Positions 1 through 10,462 of a DNA stretch of 64,000 bases are shown here, one piece after another. The stretch spans positions 3,921 through 67,920 of the forward strand of contig CAMJZI010000002.1 of the NCBI GenBank assembly GCA_946410185.1, given 5' to 3'. Every line of letters starts with the position of its first letter. Position 1 is the stretch's first letter. The notes beneath the pieces are model-generated. The model worked only from the letters and a program-made list of their open reading frames with translations, searched no databases and was not told where the DNA came from. Made by a program: the position numbers and the translations under genes. The DNA is from an uncultured Porphyromonadaceae bacterium. GTDB taxonomy: Bacteria > Bacteroidota > Bacteroidia > Bacteroidales > Muribaculaceae.

Positions 1-1000
1 CGATAATGTTCATCACGGGCTCGATCTTCTCGCGCATGTTGTAGTACTGGTCTTTGATTTCGCACGAGGCGCAGTCGGGGAACTCGCTGTTGATTTTGTT
101 GCACAGGTGCTCGATCTCGCGCTTGCGGCTCTCAAAGCGGTCACGGTCATGGTCGCGGATGATGTAGCTTAATGTGGTCTTCTCGACGCTGCCTTCCATG
201 CTGATGAGGTGATAAAAGCCCTCGTAGCCCTCGGTGTGCTCGGGCGTCTCCCAGCGCGGTAGCATCATGGCAAACTGCACGGCCACGCGCATCGAGTTGA
301 GCATCTTGTGCTTGGCGGCACCGGGATGCACGTTCAGGCCTTTGAAGGTGATCTTGGCGCTGGCGGCATTGAAGTTTTCATACTCCAGCTCGCCCACGGC
401 ACCACCGTCCATGGTATAGGCCCAGTCGCAACCAAATTTCTCAACGTCGAAGTGGTGTGCACCCAGGCCGATTTCCTCGTCGGGATTGAAACCCACGCGG
501 ATGTTGCCATGTTTTACCTCGGGATGCTCCTGGAACCACTCGATGGCGGTCAAGATTTCGGCGATGCCGGCCTTGTCGTCGGCACCCAGCAGGGTATCGC
601 CGCTGGTGACGATGAACTCCTGACCCACATAGTCGTTCATCTCGGGGAACTGCTGCGGGTCGAGCACAATGCGCGGCTCATCGCTCAGAACGATGGGCGA
701 ACCGTCATATTTCACGATGCGGGGCTTCACGTCGTGGCCGCTCATGTCGGGGGCAGTGTCCATGTGGGCAATGAACCCCACGGTGGGAACAGCTTTGTCG
801 GTATTGGCGGGCAGGGTGGCAAACAGGTAGCCGTTGTCATCGAGCGAGATGTCGCTCAGGCCCATGTCATGCAACTCTTTTTTCAGCTCCTTGGCAAACA
901 CCATCTGGCCTGGTGTCGATGGCGTCAGGTTGGTGAGTTCGTCACTCTGGGTGTCGAACTTCACATACTTCAGAAATCTGTCAACTAACTTCGTTGTCAT
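1..1000 (-). CDS. pepT: Peptidase T (tripeptide aminopeptidase, M20B); 3' end runs off the window
   Basis: Absent from the ORF track. Manual translation from ATG at 1000 gives [33 protein letters not shown], then [25 protein letters not shown] and HPGAAKHKM, all PepT motifs. Confidence 0.93.
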   Translation of the reverse strand, partial: MTTKLVDRFLKYVKFDTQSDELTNLTPSTPGQMVFAKELKKELHDMGLSDISLDDNGYLFATLPANTDKAVPTVGFIAHMDTAPDMSGHDVKPRIVKYDGSPIVLSDEPRIVLDPQQFPEMNDYVGQEFIVTSGDTLLGADDKAGIAEILTAIEWFQEHPEVKHGNIRVGFNPDEEIGLGAHHFDVEKFGCDWAYTMDGGAVGELEYENFNAASAKITFKGLNVHPGAAKHKMLNSMRVAVQFAMMLPRWETPEHTEGYEGFYHLISMEGSVEKTTLSYIIRDHDRDRFESRKREIEHLCNKINSEFPDCASCEIKDQYYNMREKIEPVMNII

Positions 1001-1043
1001 AGTGTGATATTTGTTTGTTAATGGTTATATTTTTTTCAACTCA

Positions 1044-1051
1044 CAAAGTTA
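1044..1051 (-). promoter_or_regulatory. Bacteroidetes sigma-A -7 element for pepT
   Basis: TAACTTTG on the minus strand (TAnnTTTG consensus), about 45 nt upstream of the pepT ATG. Confidence 0.6.
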
Positions 1052-1146
1052 GCAATAATAACCCAAAAGAGCAATACAAAATCCACATTTTTATGGATTT
1101 TGTATTGCTCTTTACCAGCCCCGTTGCCGGGGTATTGCGAGGCAGA

Positions 1147-2682
1147 TTATTTCGCTACCTTCTCCAGGCGCTTCATCATGGCAAACATGAACAGGGCCGA
1201 GAGCAGGCACAGCACGATGAATACTGTCCAAACAATCCACAGGGGCAGATCTCCCCACAGGTAACCACCCACGCTGACGAGCTTGTTGCCAATGGCGGTG
1301 GCACCAAACCAGCCACCCATCATCAGGCCCTTATACTTGGGAGGAGCCACCTTGCTCACAAACGAGATGCCCATGGGCGAGAGCAACAGCTCACCGAAGG
1401 TCAGCACCAGGTAGGTCGAGATGAGCCAGTAGGGCGATACCAGCGGGCCGAGCTCACCCTTGTCGGCAAGGGCAGCTTGCTCGTTGGGCGTGAGAAGGCC
1501 CTGCGAGGCAAACATCATGATGAAGAAGGCAGCACCTGCAACGAGCATACCGTAAGCAATCTTGCGGGGTGCCGAGGGCTCTTTGCCCTTGTTGGCCAGA
1601 TAGGTGAAGATAGCCATCGATACGGGGGTCAACGCAACCACATAGAACGGGTTGAACTGCTGGAAGATGGGAGCCGAGATGTCAACGGTGCCAGTGGCTT
1701 GGGTGTACTTGTAACCCAGCACGGCCAGGGCTGCGATGATGATGGCAGCCGAGATGCCCTTGCCCTTACCCGTCTTGCTCTCGAAGAATGAGAAGCCGGC
1801 ATACACGATGAAGATAATCATCACCAGGTTGATCACGTCAAACGGCATGGTGTGGACACCCGAGGCCGACTTGGCGGTGAACTCGTCGGCAAAGTAGGTC
1901 AGTGACAGACCGTTCTGGTGGAAGGCCATCCAGAAGAAGATCACTACGGCAAACACGAGGCACAGGGCCACGATGCGCTGCTTGGTCTCCTCCTTGCTCA
2001 GTTCGGGCTCAGCCGATGCCTCGTCAGCCTTGGCAGCCTGCTTGGTACCGCCCTCGGTGTGGCGGAAGGTGCCGCGGAAGGCGTAATAGATGGCAATCGA
2101 CAGTACCAGCGATGCGCAGGCCACGGCAAAGGCAAAGTGATAAGCCTCACCAGGTGCGGTGTAACCCAGATGGGTCTGAGCATACTCGGTGATCTTCACG
2201 GCAGCGGTCGGGGCGAACAGCGCGCCGATGTTGATGGCCATGTAGAACAGCGAGAAGCCAGCGTCACGCTGATTGGCATACTTCGGGTCGTCATACAGGT
2301 TGCCTACCATCACCTGGAGGTTACCCTTGAACAGACCCGTTCCCAAGCTGATGAGCAGCAGGGCGGCAAGCATAGCGACGATACCGGCCGTTGCCCCACC
2401 CAGCGGGATAGAGAGCAGCAGATAGCCGATGAACATGATGATGATACCACTTGTCACCATCTTTCCAAAACCGAACTTGTCGGCCAGATAACCGCCCAGA
2501 ATCGGGAGGAAGTAAACGAGCATCAGGAAATCACCATAGATCTCGCCAGCCCATTTTGGGTCAAAACCGAAGTTTGACCTCAAAAACAATGCGAACACTG
2601 CGATCATCGTGTAGTAACCGAAGCGTTCACCGGTGTTGGCTAGTGCCAACGCAAACAGTCCTTTAGGTTGGTTCTCAAACAT
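1147..2682 (-). CDS. POT/PTR family proton-dependent oligopeptide MFS transporter
   Basis: N-terminal ExxERFxYY-type motif (NTGERFGYY), GTGLFKGN, FYMAINIGA, ELLLSPMG; many hydrophobic segments. Confidence 0.92.
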   Translation of the reverse strand: MFENQPKGLFALALANTGERFGYYTMIAVFALFLRSNFGFDPKWAGEIYGDFLMLVYFLPILGGYLADKFGFGKMVTSGIIIMFIGYLLLSIPLGGATAGIVAMLAALLLISLGTGLFKGNLQVMVGNLYDDPKYANQRDAGFSLFYMAINIGALFAPTAAVKITEYAQTHLGYTAPGEAYHFAFAVACASLVLSIAIYYAFRGTFRHTEGGTKQAAKADEASAEPELSKEETKQRIVALCLVFAVVIFFWMAFHQNGLSLTYFADEFTAKSASGVHTMPFDVINLVMIIFIVYAGFSFFESKTGKGKGISAAIIIAALAVLGYKYTQATGTVDISAPIFQQFNPFYVVALTPVSMAIFTYLANKGKEPSAPRKIAYGMLVAGAAFFIMMFASQGLLTPNEQAALADKGELGPLVSPYWLISTYLVLTFGELLLSPMGISFVSKVAPPKYKGLMMGGWFGATAIGNKLVSVGGYLWGDLPLWIVWTVFIVLCLLSALFMFAMMKRLEKVAK

Positions 2683-2774
2683 CGTTGATAGTCTTTTAAA
2701 TCAGAGAATCTAGAGAAACCTGCTATTTCCAGATTTCCTAGATTCTCTTATATTAATAATGAGTTAGGCAGGAA

Positions 2775-4340
2775 TTACTTGTCGCTGGTGACACGCTCCA
2801 GCCACTTCACCATACCGAGCATCACGCCGGCCGAGATGAAGCAGACACAGATGAATACACCCCAGCACTGCCACAACGGCATATTGTTGTACATGATGGT
2901 GCCGATGGGCAACAGAATGTTACCGACGGCGGTGGTGCCGAGCCACAGACCCTGGCACAAGCCGAGCATGGTCTTGGGAGCCACCTTGGATACAAACGAC
3001 AGACCCAGCGGCGAGATGAACAGTTCGGCAACGGTGAGCAGGAAGTAGGTGGCAATCATGACCCACCAGCCTGCCTTCATGCCCATCTTGGTGTCGGCAT
3101 CAAGCAACTTGAACTCATCACCCGAGGGATAACCAGCCGTGAAGGAGTAAATGGCCAGGAACAGGTAGGCCAGGCCGGCGATGCACATACCGTAAGCAAT
3201 CTTGCGGGGAGTGGAGATTTCCTTGCCGCGCTTGCTCAGTGCACCGAAGATCAGCATGATGATCGGGGTGAGCACAATCACAAAGAACGGGTTAACCGCC
3301 TGCCACAACTCGGCGGGCAACTGGTCACTCTTGACGAAGTCGCGAGCAAAGAATGACAGCGTCACACCATTCTGGTGGAACGAGAACCAGAAGAAGATGA
3401 CAACGCCCAGCACTGCCAGAAGGGCATACAAGCGCTGGCGCAGCTCCTTGGCCATGCTCTTCTTCTCCTCGGGAGTGAGTTCAACCGAGGTGGCAGCAGC
3501 CTTCTTGCCCGGTGAGGGGAAGATGCCGCGCTTGGCAATGAAGATGACCAGCGAGAGGAGCATGGCGATCACCGATGCGATGAAGGCGAAATGCACACCC
3601 TGGTTGAACACCTCAAGGTAGCGCTGGCAACCCTCAACCGTGGCCTCGCCCGAGACACCTGCCTGGGTAAGATAAGTCTGCAGGTTAGTCATCTGGTCGG
3701 CAGGAATGGTGCCGTCGATGAACTTGTGGCAAAGGGCGGGCAGCTCGGCAACATACTTGAAGCCGAAGCGTCCCAGCCACCACTGGCGCAGGAACGGAGC
3801 GATGAACGGAGCAATCAAACCACCGATGTTGATGAACACATAGAAAATCTGGAAACCAGAGTCGCGGCGACCCTTCATGGCCCTGATTTCCTCTTCGGGC
3901 TTTCCGGCAGCGACAGCCTCGGCTTCCATGTCATCATACATCTGGCCAACGATTGCCTGCAGGTTGCCCTTGAACAGGCCGTTACCGAAGGCAATCAGCA
4001 CCAGCGCAGCGCAGGTTAGGACGAGCAGCATCGTCATCGTGCCCGAAGTTGCGGTGATGGGGATGGCCAAGCCGGCATAACCGAGTGCCATGATGATGAG
4101 ACCCGTCATGATGGTGCCCTTGTAGTTCTGAGTGCGGTCGGCGATGACACCGCCCACCAGACTCAAGACGTAGATGGCTGCAAGGAAGACAGAATAAATC
4201 AAGGCCGCTTTATCATCGGCCAAGCCGAACTTGGAGCACAGGAACAGCGACAGCACGGCAGCCATGATGTAGTAGCCGAAGCGCTCGCCCATGTTGCTCA
4301 ACGCGGCAGGGATTAGACCCTTGGGATGGTTTTTAAACAT
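2775..4340 (-). CDS. POT/PTR family oligopeptide MFS transporter (tandem paralog)
   Basis: NMGERFGYY, GNGLFKGN, FYVFINIGG, ELFISPLG motifs. Confidence 0.92.
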   Translation of the reverse strand: MFKNHPKGLIPAALSNMGERFGYYIMAAVLSLFLCSKFGLADDKAALIYSVFLAAIYVLSLVGGVIADRTQNYKGTIMTGLIIMALGYAGLAIPITATSGTMTMLLVLTCAALVLIAFGNGLFKGNLQAIVGQMYDDMEAEAVAAGKPEEEIRAMKGRRDSGFQIFYVFINIGGLIAPFIAPFLRQWWLGRFGFKYVAELPALCHKFIDGTIPADQMTNLQTYLTQAGVSGEATVEGCQRYLEVFNQGVHFAFIASVIAMLLSLVIFIAKRGIFPSPGKKAAATSVELTPEEKKSMAKELRQRLYALLAVLGVVIFFWFSFHQNGVTLSFFARDFVKSDQLPAELWQAVNPFFVIVLTPIIMLIFGALSKRGKEISTPRKIAYGMCIAGLAYLFLAIYSFTAGYPSGDEFKLLDADTKMGMKAGWWVMIATYFLLTVAELFISPLGLSFVSKVAPKTMLGLCQGLWLGTTAVGNILLPIGTIMYNNMPLWQCWGVFICVCFISAGVMLGMVKWLERVTSDK

Positions 4341-4378
4341 AAATTCGTTTGGTTTTTGATTGGTTGATATTAATAATG

Positions 4379-4816
4379 TTATTGGTTATCCTGTTGCACT
4401 CGGGCATTGAAGGCGATGGCATAGGCCCGCACCTGCTTCACCATGGCCAGCAGGCCGTTGCTGCGGGTAGGAGAGAGGTGTTCTCGCAGCCCGATGCGCT
4501 CGATGAAGTAAAGGTCGGCATCGAGCACCTCCTGGGGCGTGGCACCGTCGAGCACGCGCACGAGCATCGAGATAATGCCCTTGACAATGATGGCATCGCT
4601 GTCGGCCTGCAGGTGCATGCGGCCGTCGATGCAGTCGGCCTGGAGCCACACGCGGCTCTGGCAACCGTCAATCAGGTTATCGGCAGTCTTGTACTGCTCG
4701 TCGAGCGCTGGCATGGCGTTACCCATGTCGATGATGACACTGTAGCGGTCCATCCAGTCGTCCAGACCCTCAAATTCCTCAATGATTTCGTCTTGTCGCT
4801 CGTTGATAGTTGACAT
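4379..4816 (-). CDS. sufE: SufE family Fe-S sulfur acceptor protein
   Basis: IDGCQSRVW, ADSDAIIVKG and HLSPTRSNGL motifs. Start moved to MSTINERQ (4816), downstream of the promoter. Confidence 0.9.
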   Translation of the reverse strand: MSTINERQDEIIEEFEGLDDWMDRYSVIIDMGNAMPALDEQYKTADNLIDGCQSRVWLQADCIDGRMHLQADSDAIIVKGIISMLVRVLDGATPQEVLDADLYFIERIGLREHLSPTRSNGLLAMVKQVRAYAIAFNARVQQDNQ

Positions 4817-4846
4817 TGAAAAAAGGTGATTTTTTGGTTTAACCTC

Positions 4847-4854
4847 CAAAGATA
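4847..4854 (-). promoter_or_regulatory. Sigma-A -7 element for the sufE-POT-POT unit
   Basis: TATCTTTG on the minus strand, about 30 nt upstream of the sufE ATG. Confidence 0.6.
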
Positions 4855-4908
4855 GACTTTTTTTTTGGATTATTGATCAGCACAACCGATAAAAATTCGT
4901 TTTTCGAC

Positions 4909-4947
4909 AAAAAACAAGTCCCGCCAGATAGATTCCGGCGGGACTTG
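4909..4947 (-). terminator. Rho-independent terminator of the ppiD-like gene
   Basis: caagtcccgcc / ggcgggacttg 11-bp stem, followed by a T-run on the minus strand. Confidence 0.75.
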
Positions 4948-4968
4948 ATGGGTTATCGTTTCTTGTGA

Positions 4969-7038
4969 TTAATAGAAATCGATGAGTCGTTTCGAGACCT
5001 TGGTAGCCTTGGTCAGGATGTTGTAGATGTTGCGCGGATTGCCAAACACGCGAGCGCCGCGGCTCTGGGCGTAGCGGTTGTCGAGCTCTTCCTTGGTGGG
5101 CTTGCGCTCTGACTTCTCCTGCTTAACCACCTGGTAAACATAAACACCGTTCTCGCCCTTCCACGGACCCTGCAGGGTGCCGGGCTTGGTGGCGCAGATG
5201 CGGCCCGCGAGCTTGCTCTCGATCTTGGGATCGCCACTGGCAAATACCACATTGGCGGTATCTACGCTGACACCCATGAGCGATGCATAGCCGTTCAAGT
5301 CCTTGGCCTTGCCCTGGTACTGCTTCATCAGGTCGTCACCCTTCTTGCTGTTGCGAACACGGTTGGTAAGGAACTCCTTGCCCTGAGTGAAGTTGTAGGG
5401 CAGGTAGCCGTCCTCGTACACGTCGTCGATGGCAACTGCGATGAGCACGTCGTTGTTGTCGCTGAAGATGGGCGATACCTCACCCTTCTTGCTGTCAAAC
5501 GCCCACTTGATGGCCTTGCGGCTGTCCTTGATGCCACCGTTGCCATACATGCTCATGCCGAGTTGTGCAGTCGACGGGGTGATCATCATTTCGGCTGCGT
5601 TGTAACCGGCCTTGGCTGCATTTTCCTCAAAATCCTTGGCGGTCTTGTTCTTGTTCAGGAAGGCCTGGAACTTGTCGCGCAGGTCCTCGCTGGTCTTGGT
5701 GCTGGCATAAGCGTCATAGCTGACCGTCGCAACGGTGTAGAACGTCTTGGGTGCCTTCTTCTCGTCGATCTTCATCAGGGTAGCGCCCTGGTCGGTGCTC
5801 ATGTACACGAAGTAGTCCTGTCCGGCATTGGCCATCTTGGTCTTCATCGAGTCGGGAGCGGTATAAACGCGCTGCCACTCGTTGAGCTTGCCGTCCACCT
5901 TCTGGGGATAGGCCTTCTTCAGGTCGTCGAGGGTCTTGCCGGCATTGAGCTGGTCAAGGGCTGCCTTCTGAGTCTTGGCGTCGCCCTGAATCAGCACGTA
6001 GCTCAGCTGAACCGAGTCAAGGCTGACTTCCTTGTTGATGAGCTTGTACATCACGTGGTGGTTACCAACGGTGCTGTCGCGATGGGTCGTGCCCACCTGA
6101 GCGCTGGCAAACAGGTCACGAACCTTGGCGGGCATGTCCTTCTGCACCATCTTGGCGGTGTCGATGTTGACGGTGCCCAGCAGGCGAACCGAGTCAACAC
6201 CGCGACCCTTCTGCAGGGCGATGTAAGCAGCGTCGGCAATCTTGTTGGCGGCCATGATGTCCTCCTGGCTGGGGTCGATGTTCACGGCGATGTAGTGGAT
6301 AGCACGCACGTCCTCGTCGGTCTTGAACATGGGCTTGAGCTTCTGCCACTCGGCCTTGAGTTCCTCGTCGCTCACGGAATACTTGTCGTCGGGCACGCTG
6401 GAGTAGTCCTTCTTGGCAAAGGTGACCACATTGGTGATAGCCTCTTCCTCGGCCATCTGGGCACGGTCCAGATCGTTGGCCTGCATACAGCCTGCAACCA
6501 GGTTCTGCAGCTTGGCAAACTGGTATTGCTTAACGATGTCGGCCTTGAGTTTCTCCCACTGGCCGCGAAGTTCCATTACTTGGGCTTCCTGAACACCCTG
6601 CTTGCCGGGGTTCATGATAAAGTCATATAATTCTGCGGGCGACTTGGCACCATACTGCTGGGCAAATTGCACCACCGCGGGAGCGGGGTTCTTGCCAATC
6701 ATCAGCTGGCTGATCTCGTCGTCGCTGACAAAGAGACCCACCTTCTTGAACTCCTGCTCAAGAAGCTTCTCGTTGATCATGTCGTCCAGCACTTGCTGCT
6801 GACGGGTAGCGGCATCGACCTGATTGTTGTTCTGCTGATCGTCAGCAGCTTCCTGTTCGACGCGGCGCTGGAATGCCATGATGTCAATTTTTTCATTGCC
6901 GACTTTTGCGGCTGCGCTGTTTCCACCGGAACGACCGATGGCCTCGATACCAACCTCGATAATAAATGCGAGCAATGCGGCACCGATCACGATGGCAAGG
7001 ATCTTTTTCCTCTGCCTAATTTTCTCTAATGTAGCCAT
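4969..7038 (-). CDS. PpiD/SurA-N-terminal-domain periplasmic chaperone (peptidyl-prolyl isomerase family)
   Basis: MATLEKIR...IGAALLAFII N-terminal anchor, KWAF...GEVS and GENGVYV motifs, and a length typical of Bacteroidales PpiD. Confidence 0.82.
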   Translation of the reverse strand: MATLEKIRQRKKILAIVIGAALLAFIIEVGIEAIGRSGGNSAAAKVGNEKIDIMAFQRRVEQEAADDQQNNNQVDAATRQQQVLDDMINEKLLEQEFKKVGLFVSDDEISQLMIGKNPAPAVVQFAQQYGAKSPAELYDFIMNPGKQGVQEAQVMELRGQWEKLKADIVKQYQFAKLQNLVAGCMQANDLDRAQMAEEEAITNVVTFAKKDYSSVPDDKYSVSDEELKAEWQKLKPMFKTDEDVRAIHYIAVNIDPSQEDIMAANKIADAAYIALQKGRGVDSVRLLGTVNIDTAKMVQKDMPAKVRDLFASAQVGTTHRDSTVGNHHVMYKLINKEVSLDSVQLSYVLIQGDAKTQKAALDQLNAGKTLDDLKKAYPQKVDGKLNEWQRVYTAPDSMKTKMANAGQDYFVYMSTDQGATLMKIDEKKAPKTFYTVATVSYDAYASTKTSEDLRDKFQAFLNKNKTAKDFEENAAKAGYNAAEMMITPSTAQLGMSMYGNGGIKDSRKAIKWAFDSKKGEVSPIFSDNNDVLIAVAIDDVYEDGYLPYNFTQGKEFLTNRVRNSKKGDDLMKQYQGKAKDLNGYASLMGVSVDTANVVFASGDPKIESKLAGRICATKPGTLQGPWKGENGVYVYQVVKQEKSERKPTKEELDNRYAQSRGARVFGNPRNIYNILTKATKVSKRLIDFY

Positions 7039-7099
7039 TTACAATTATTTTTATTACGTTATTTCTCTCGGTTTTAGGGCTTTCCGCCAAATAAACACG

Positions 7100-7272
7100 C
7101 AAAGGTAGTTATTTTTTGCATTATACCAAAAAACTTGACCTTTTTTCTTTTTTTTTATTGAAAATGACATCTCTGGCCATCGCTGCCTGCTGCGGTTCAG
7201 CGCCTGTGCACGCTTTTTAGCATTATTTTAGATGTCGGATGGCTCCAGATATGCAATTTATAACTATATTTG
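7100..7272. promoter_or_regulatory. Divergent sigma-A promoters for ppiD (-) and the TPR operon (+)
   Basis: TACCTTTG on minus at 7100-7107 and TATATTTG on plus at 7265-7272. Confidence 0.6.
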
Positions 7273-7353
7273 CAGTTATAATTAATGTGAACGGCAATTG
7301 GTGTGCCCGTCAAGGGCACTCAAAATCAAGAATATAAAAAATAACTACAAGAT

Positions 7354-10300
7354 ATGGCAAAATTAAAGAAAGTCTTATTGTCAGCACTGATTGCAGCCCC
7401 GGCGATCGCTATGGGGCAGCCGGCAGTGATGTCAAGCGAGGCCGCCGGCTACCTTGAGCGCGGACGGCAGATGTATGAGTTGCACAACTATGTGGGTGCC
7501 ATCGACCAGCTCGAGCAGATGAAACGACTGCCAGCCGACGCGACGATGCGTGAACAGGCCGACTTCTACATCGCTCTGAGTCGCTTTGAACGTGGCGAAG
7601 AGGAGAGCCTGGAGGCGTTGCTCAATTTCTACAACAAGTATCCCTCATCACCGCTGGGCATGCAAGCGTTGCTCAAGGCGGGCAACTATTTCTTCTATCG
7701 TGGAGCATGGGAAAGCGCACTCAACGCCTACTCGGTGGTGCGCAACCGTTCGCTGGACCTTGATAGCGACGAGGACCTGGAGTACCGTAGAGCATACTGT
7801 AACCTGCGCCTGGGCAACTACAACGAGGCCGAGCGACAGTATTACGAGCTGGACAGGACTGCCCGTTATGGCGGTGCCAGCGAGTTCTACAAGGCTTATC
7901 TGGATTACGTCAGGGGTAACTATAGCGAGGCGCAGGCCAGGTTCAGCAGCATCCCACAGGGGACCGAGTTGGGCTTCCAGTCTCAATACTACCTTGTCCA
8001 GATTGAGTACAACAAAAAGCGTTACAACGACGTGATTGAGCAGGGCAAGGCTTTGCTCGACCAGCATGGTAATGACTACTTTGACGCCGAACTCAATCGT
8101 CTGGTGGGCGAGAGCTATTATCACCTGGGCAACGACCGCGAGGCCCGCACCTATCTGCGTCGATATATGGACAACCCCGAGGGTGAACCCTACCGCACCG
8201 CAGCCTACACCATGGGTGTGCTCGACTACCGCGACGGCAACTACCAGTCGGTGGTCAACAACATGCTTCATGTCACCGATGGCAGCGACGCACTCTCGCA
8301 GAGTGCCTACCTGTATATGGGCCAGGCCAAGCGGCAACTCAACGACATCAATGGCGCCAACATGGCCTTCCAGCAGGCTGCCATGATGGACTGTGACCGC
8401 GATGTCAAGGAAACGGCCTACTACAACTATGCCGTGGGAGTGAGCAAGGGCGCCCGCACGCCGTTTGACAAGAGCGTTGACTTGTTTGAAGATTTCCTGA
8501 ACGAGTATCCCAAGTCGCGCTACAAGGATAACGTCGAGGGCTATCTGGTGGATGCCTACATGAGCACAACCGACTACCAGCGTGCGCTCACGAGCATCAA
8601 CCGCATCAAGAATCCAGGTGCCAAGGTGCTCAAGGCCAAGCAGAATGTGCTCTACAATCTGGGCGTGCAGGCTCTGGCCAATAACCGCACCAAGGAGGCC
8701 GATGACTACTTCAAGCAGTCTATCGCGGTGGGCAATTACGACAAGACGGCCATGAACGAGAGCCGATTGTGGCTTGCCGAGACCCAGTACCGCCAGGGCA
8801 ACTACAAGGAGGCTGCCAAGTACCAGCAGGAATATGTCAAGGCTGTTGACAAGGGAGACGAGAACTACGGACTGGCCCAGTACAATCTGGGTTACAGCCT
8901 GTATAACCAGAAGCGCTATGCCGAGGCCAAGACTGCTTTCCAGAATGCCATTGCCAGCAAGCAGCTGGGTAACGAACTGGTAGCCGACGCCTATAACCGC
9001 ATCGGAGACTCGCAGTACTATGCGCGCGACTTTGGCGGCGCCCAGTCGTCCTATGACCAGGCCATGCGGCTCGACAAGAACGCCAGTGGCGATTATTCCA
9101 TGTACCAAAAGGGCATCATGATGGGACTGAGTCGCCAGTATGCCGACGAGATCAAGCAGATGGACGAACTCATCAAGACCTATCCCAAGAGTGACTTCGC
9201 CCCCCAGGCGATGCTCGAGAAGGGCAACGCCCAGGCACTGCTGGGCAAGAATACCGAGGCCCAGGTCACCTATGCCACGCTGCTCAAGAACTATCCCCGC
9301 AGCGTCGAGGCCCGCAAGGGTCTGCTCCAGACCGCACTGGTCTACAAGAGCATGGGCAAGGAGGATGCGGCAGTCGATGCCTACAAGCAGGTCATCCGCC
9401 AGTTCCCCACCAGCGATGAGGCCCAGGCTGCTGCCGAGGACATGAAACTCATCTATGCCGACCGGGGGCAGCTGACGGACTTCAGCAAGTTCCTGAACAG
9501 CGTGCCCAACGCGCCCAAGATCGACGTGGGCGAGATGGAGAGACTCACCTTTGAGGCTGCCGAGAAAGATGCCATCAGCGACAAGCCCAGCATCGACAAG
9601 ATAAAGAAGTACCTCAAGGACTATCCTGCAGGAGCCTATGTCGCCAAGGCCAAGTACTATATCGCCCGTTACCACTATGCCAAGGGCAACTACAACGACG
9701 CGATGAAGGCCATCGACGAGGCTTTGCAGGCTGGCGGTGACGCTTCCTATGCCCAAGATGCGATTGCCATGCGCAGCGACATCTACGCGCGCCAAGGCAA
9801 GAACGAGGAGGCGTTGCAGAGCTATAAGGAACTCGCCGAGCGCGCTACCAGCGACGATAACCGCACCCTGGCCCAGCTGGGCGCCATGCGTGTTGCCAAG
9901 CAGATGGGTAACTGGAACGAGGTAAGCCAGGTTTCCAGTGTATTGCTCGACCGTGGCGGGCTCACCGCCAACGAGGAGAAGGAAGTCAACCTGGATCGTG
10001 CCATGGCCTTTGCCCAGGTGGGCAATACCAAGGATGCCGAGGCTGCTTTCCGCGCACTGGCCAAGGATCCCTCCAGCGAGTTTGGCGCGCAGGCATCCTA
10101 TGAGTTGTCACGCATGCAGTACGAGATGGGTAACTTCAAGGGCTCAGAGCAGACCATCAACGCTTTGATTGATGCCGGAACCCCGCACAGCTATTGGCTT
10201 GCCAAGAGTTTCCTCACACTGGCCGATGTCTATTACAAGCAGGGCAATGTGACTCAGGCCCGCGAGTATCTGCAGAGCCTCAAGAGCAACTATCCTGGCA

Positions 10301-10425
10301 AGGAGAAGGATATTTTCAACGGCATCGAGACCCGCTTGAACAAGTGGAAAGGCGGCAACTCGTCGTCTACCGCCAACTCCAGCACCGACAATGGCAGGAA
10401 AAAGAGCACCAAGAGCAAGAATTAA
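7354..10425 (+). CDS. Large exported tetratricopeptide-repeat protein
   Basis: Signal peptide; Y/A-rich helical repeats along about 1000 aa (e.g. AQYNLGYSLYNQKRYAEAKTAF, DAYNRIGDSQY). Confidence 0.88.
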   Translation: MAKLKKVLLSALIAAPAIAMGQPAVMSSEAAGYLERGRQMYELHNYVGAIDQLEQMKRLPADATMREQADFYIALSRFERGEEESLEALLNFYNKYPSSPLGMQALLKAGNYFFYRGAWESALNAYSVVRNRSLDLDSDEDLEYRRAYCNLRLGNYNEAERQYYELDRTARYGGASEFYKAYLDYVRGNYSEAQARFSSIPQGTELGFQSQYYLVQIEYNKKRYNDVIEQGKALLDQHGNDYFDAELNRLVGESYYHLGNDREARTYLRRYMDNPEGEPYRTAAYTMGVLDYRDGNYQSVVNNMLHVTDGSDALSQSAYLYMGQAKRQLNDINGANMAFQQAAMMDCDRDVKETAYYNYAVGVSKGARTPFDKSVDLFEDFLNEYPKSRYKDNVEGYLVDAYMSTTDYQRALTSINRIKNPGAKVLKAKQNVLYNLGVQALANNRTKEADDYFKQSIAVGNYDKTAMNESRLWLAETQYRQGNYKEAAKYQQEYVKAVDKGDENYGLAQYNLGYSLYNQKRYAEAKTAFQNAIASKQLGNELVADAYNRIGDSQYYARDFGGAQSSYDQAMRLDKNASGDYSMYQKGIMMGLSRQYADEIKQMDELIKTYPKSDFAPQAMLEKGNAQALLGKNTEAQVTYATLLKNYPRSVEARKGLLQTALVYKSMGKEDAAVDAYKQVIRQFPTSDEAQAAAEDMKLIYADRGQLTDFSKFLNSVPNAPKIDVGEMERLTFEAAEKDAISDKPSIDKIKKYLKDYPAGAYVAKAKYYIARYHYAKGNYNDAMKAIDEALQAGGDASYAQDAIAMRSDIYARQGKNEEALQSYKELAERATSDDNRTLAQLGAMRVAKQMGNWNEVSQVSSVLLDRGGLTANEEKEVNLDRAMAFAQVGNTKDAEAAFRALAKDPSSEFGAQASYELSRMQYEMGNFKGSEQTINALIDAGTPHSYWLAKSFLTLADVYYKQGNVTQAREYLQSLKSNYPGKEKDIFNGIETRLNKWKGGNSSSTANSSTDNGRKKSTKSKN

Positions 10426-10462
10426 TCAGTATCACCATCATAGCATCACACATTTTTTTAAT

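Noticed and set aside
308-988. 226-aa plus-strand ORF
   Set aside because: Shadow of pepT on the minus strand, which the track missed because it lacks a stop inside the window.
1546-3209. 24-bp identity between the two POT paralogs (cataccgtaagcaatcttgcgggg)
   Set aside because: It encodes the conserved PRKIAYGM motif and is too short to argue for gene conversion.
7648-9795. 715-aa antisense ORF, and similar long shadow ORFs (5563-6630, 35720-36874, 50953-52383, 55177-56370, 60203-61558)
   Set aside because: Each is antisense to a well-supported gene, with V/L/G/H-rich translations lacking motifs; expected from strong GC3 codon bias.
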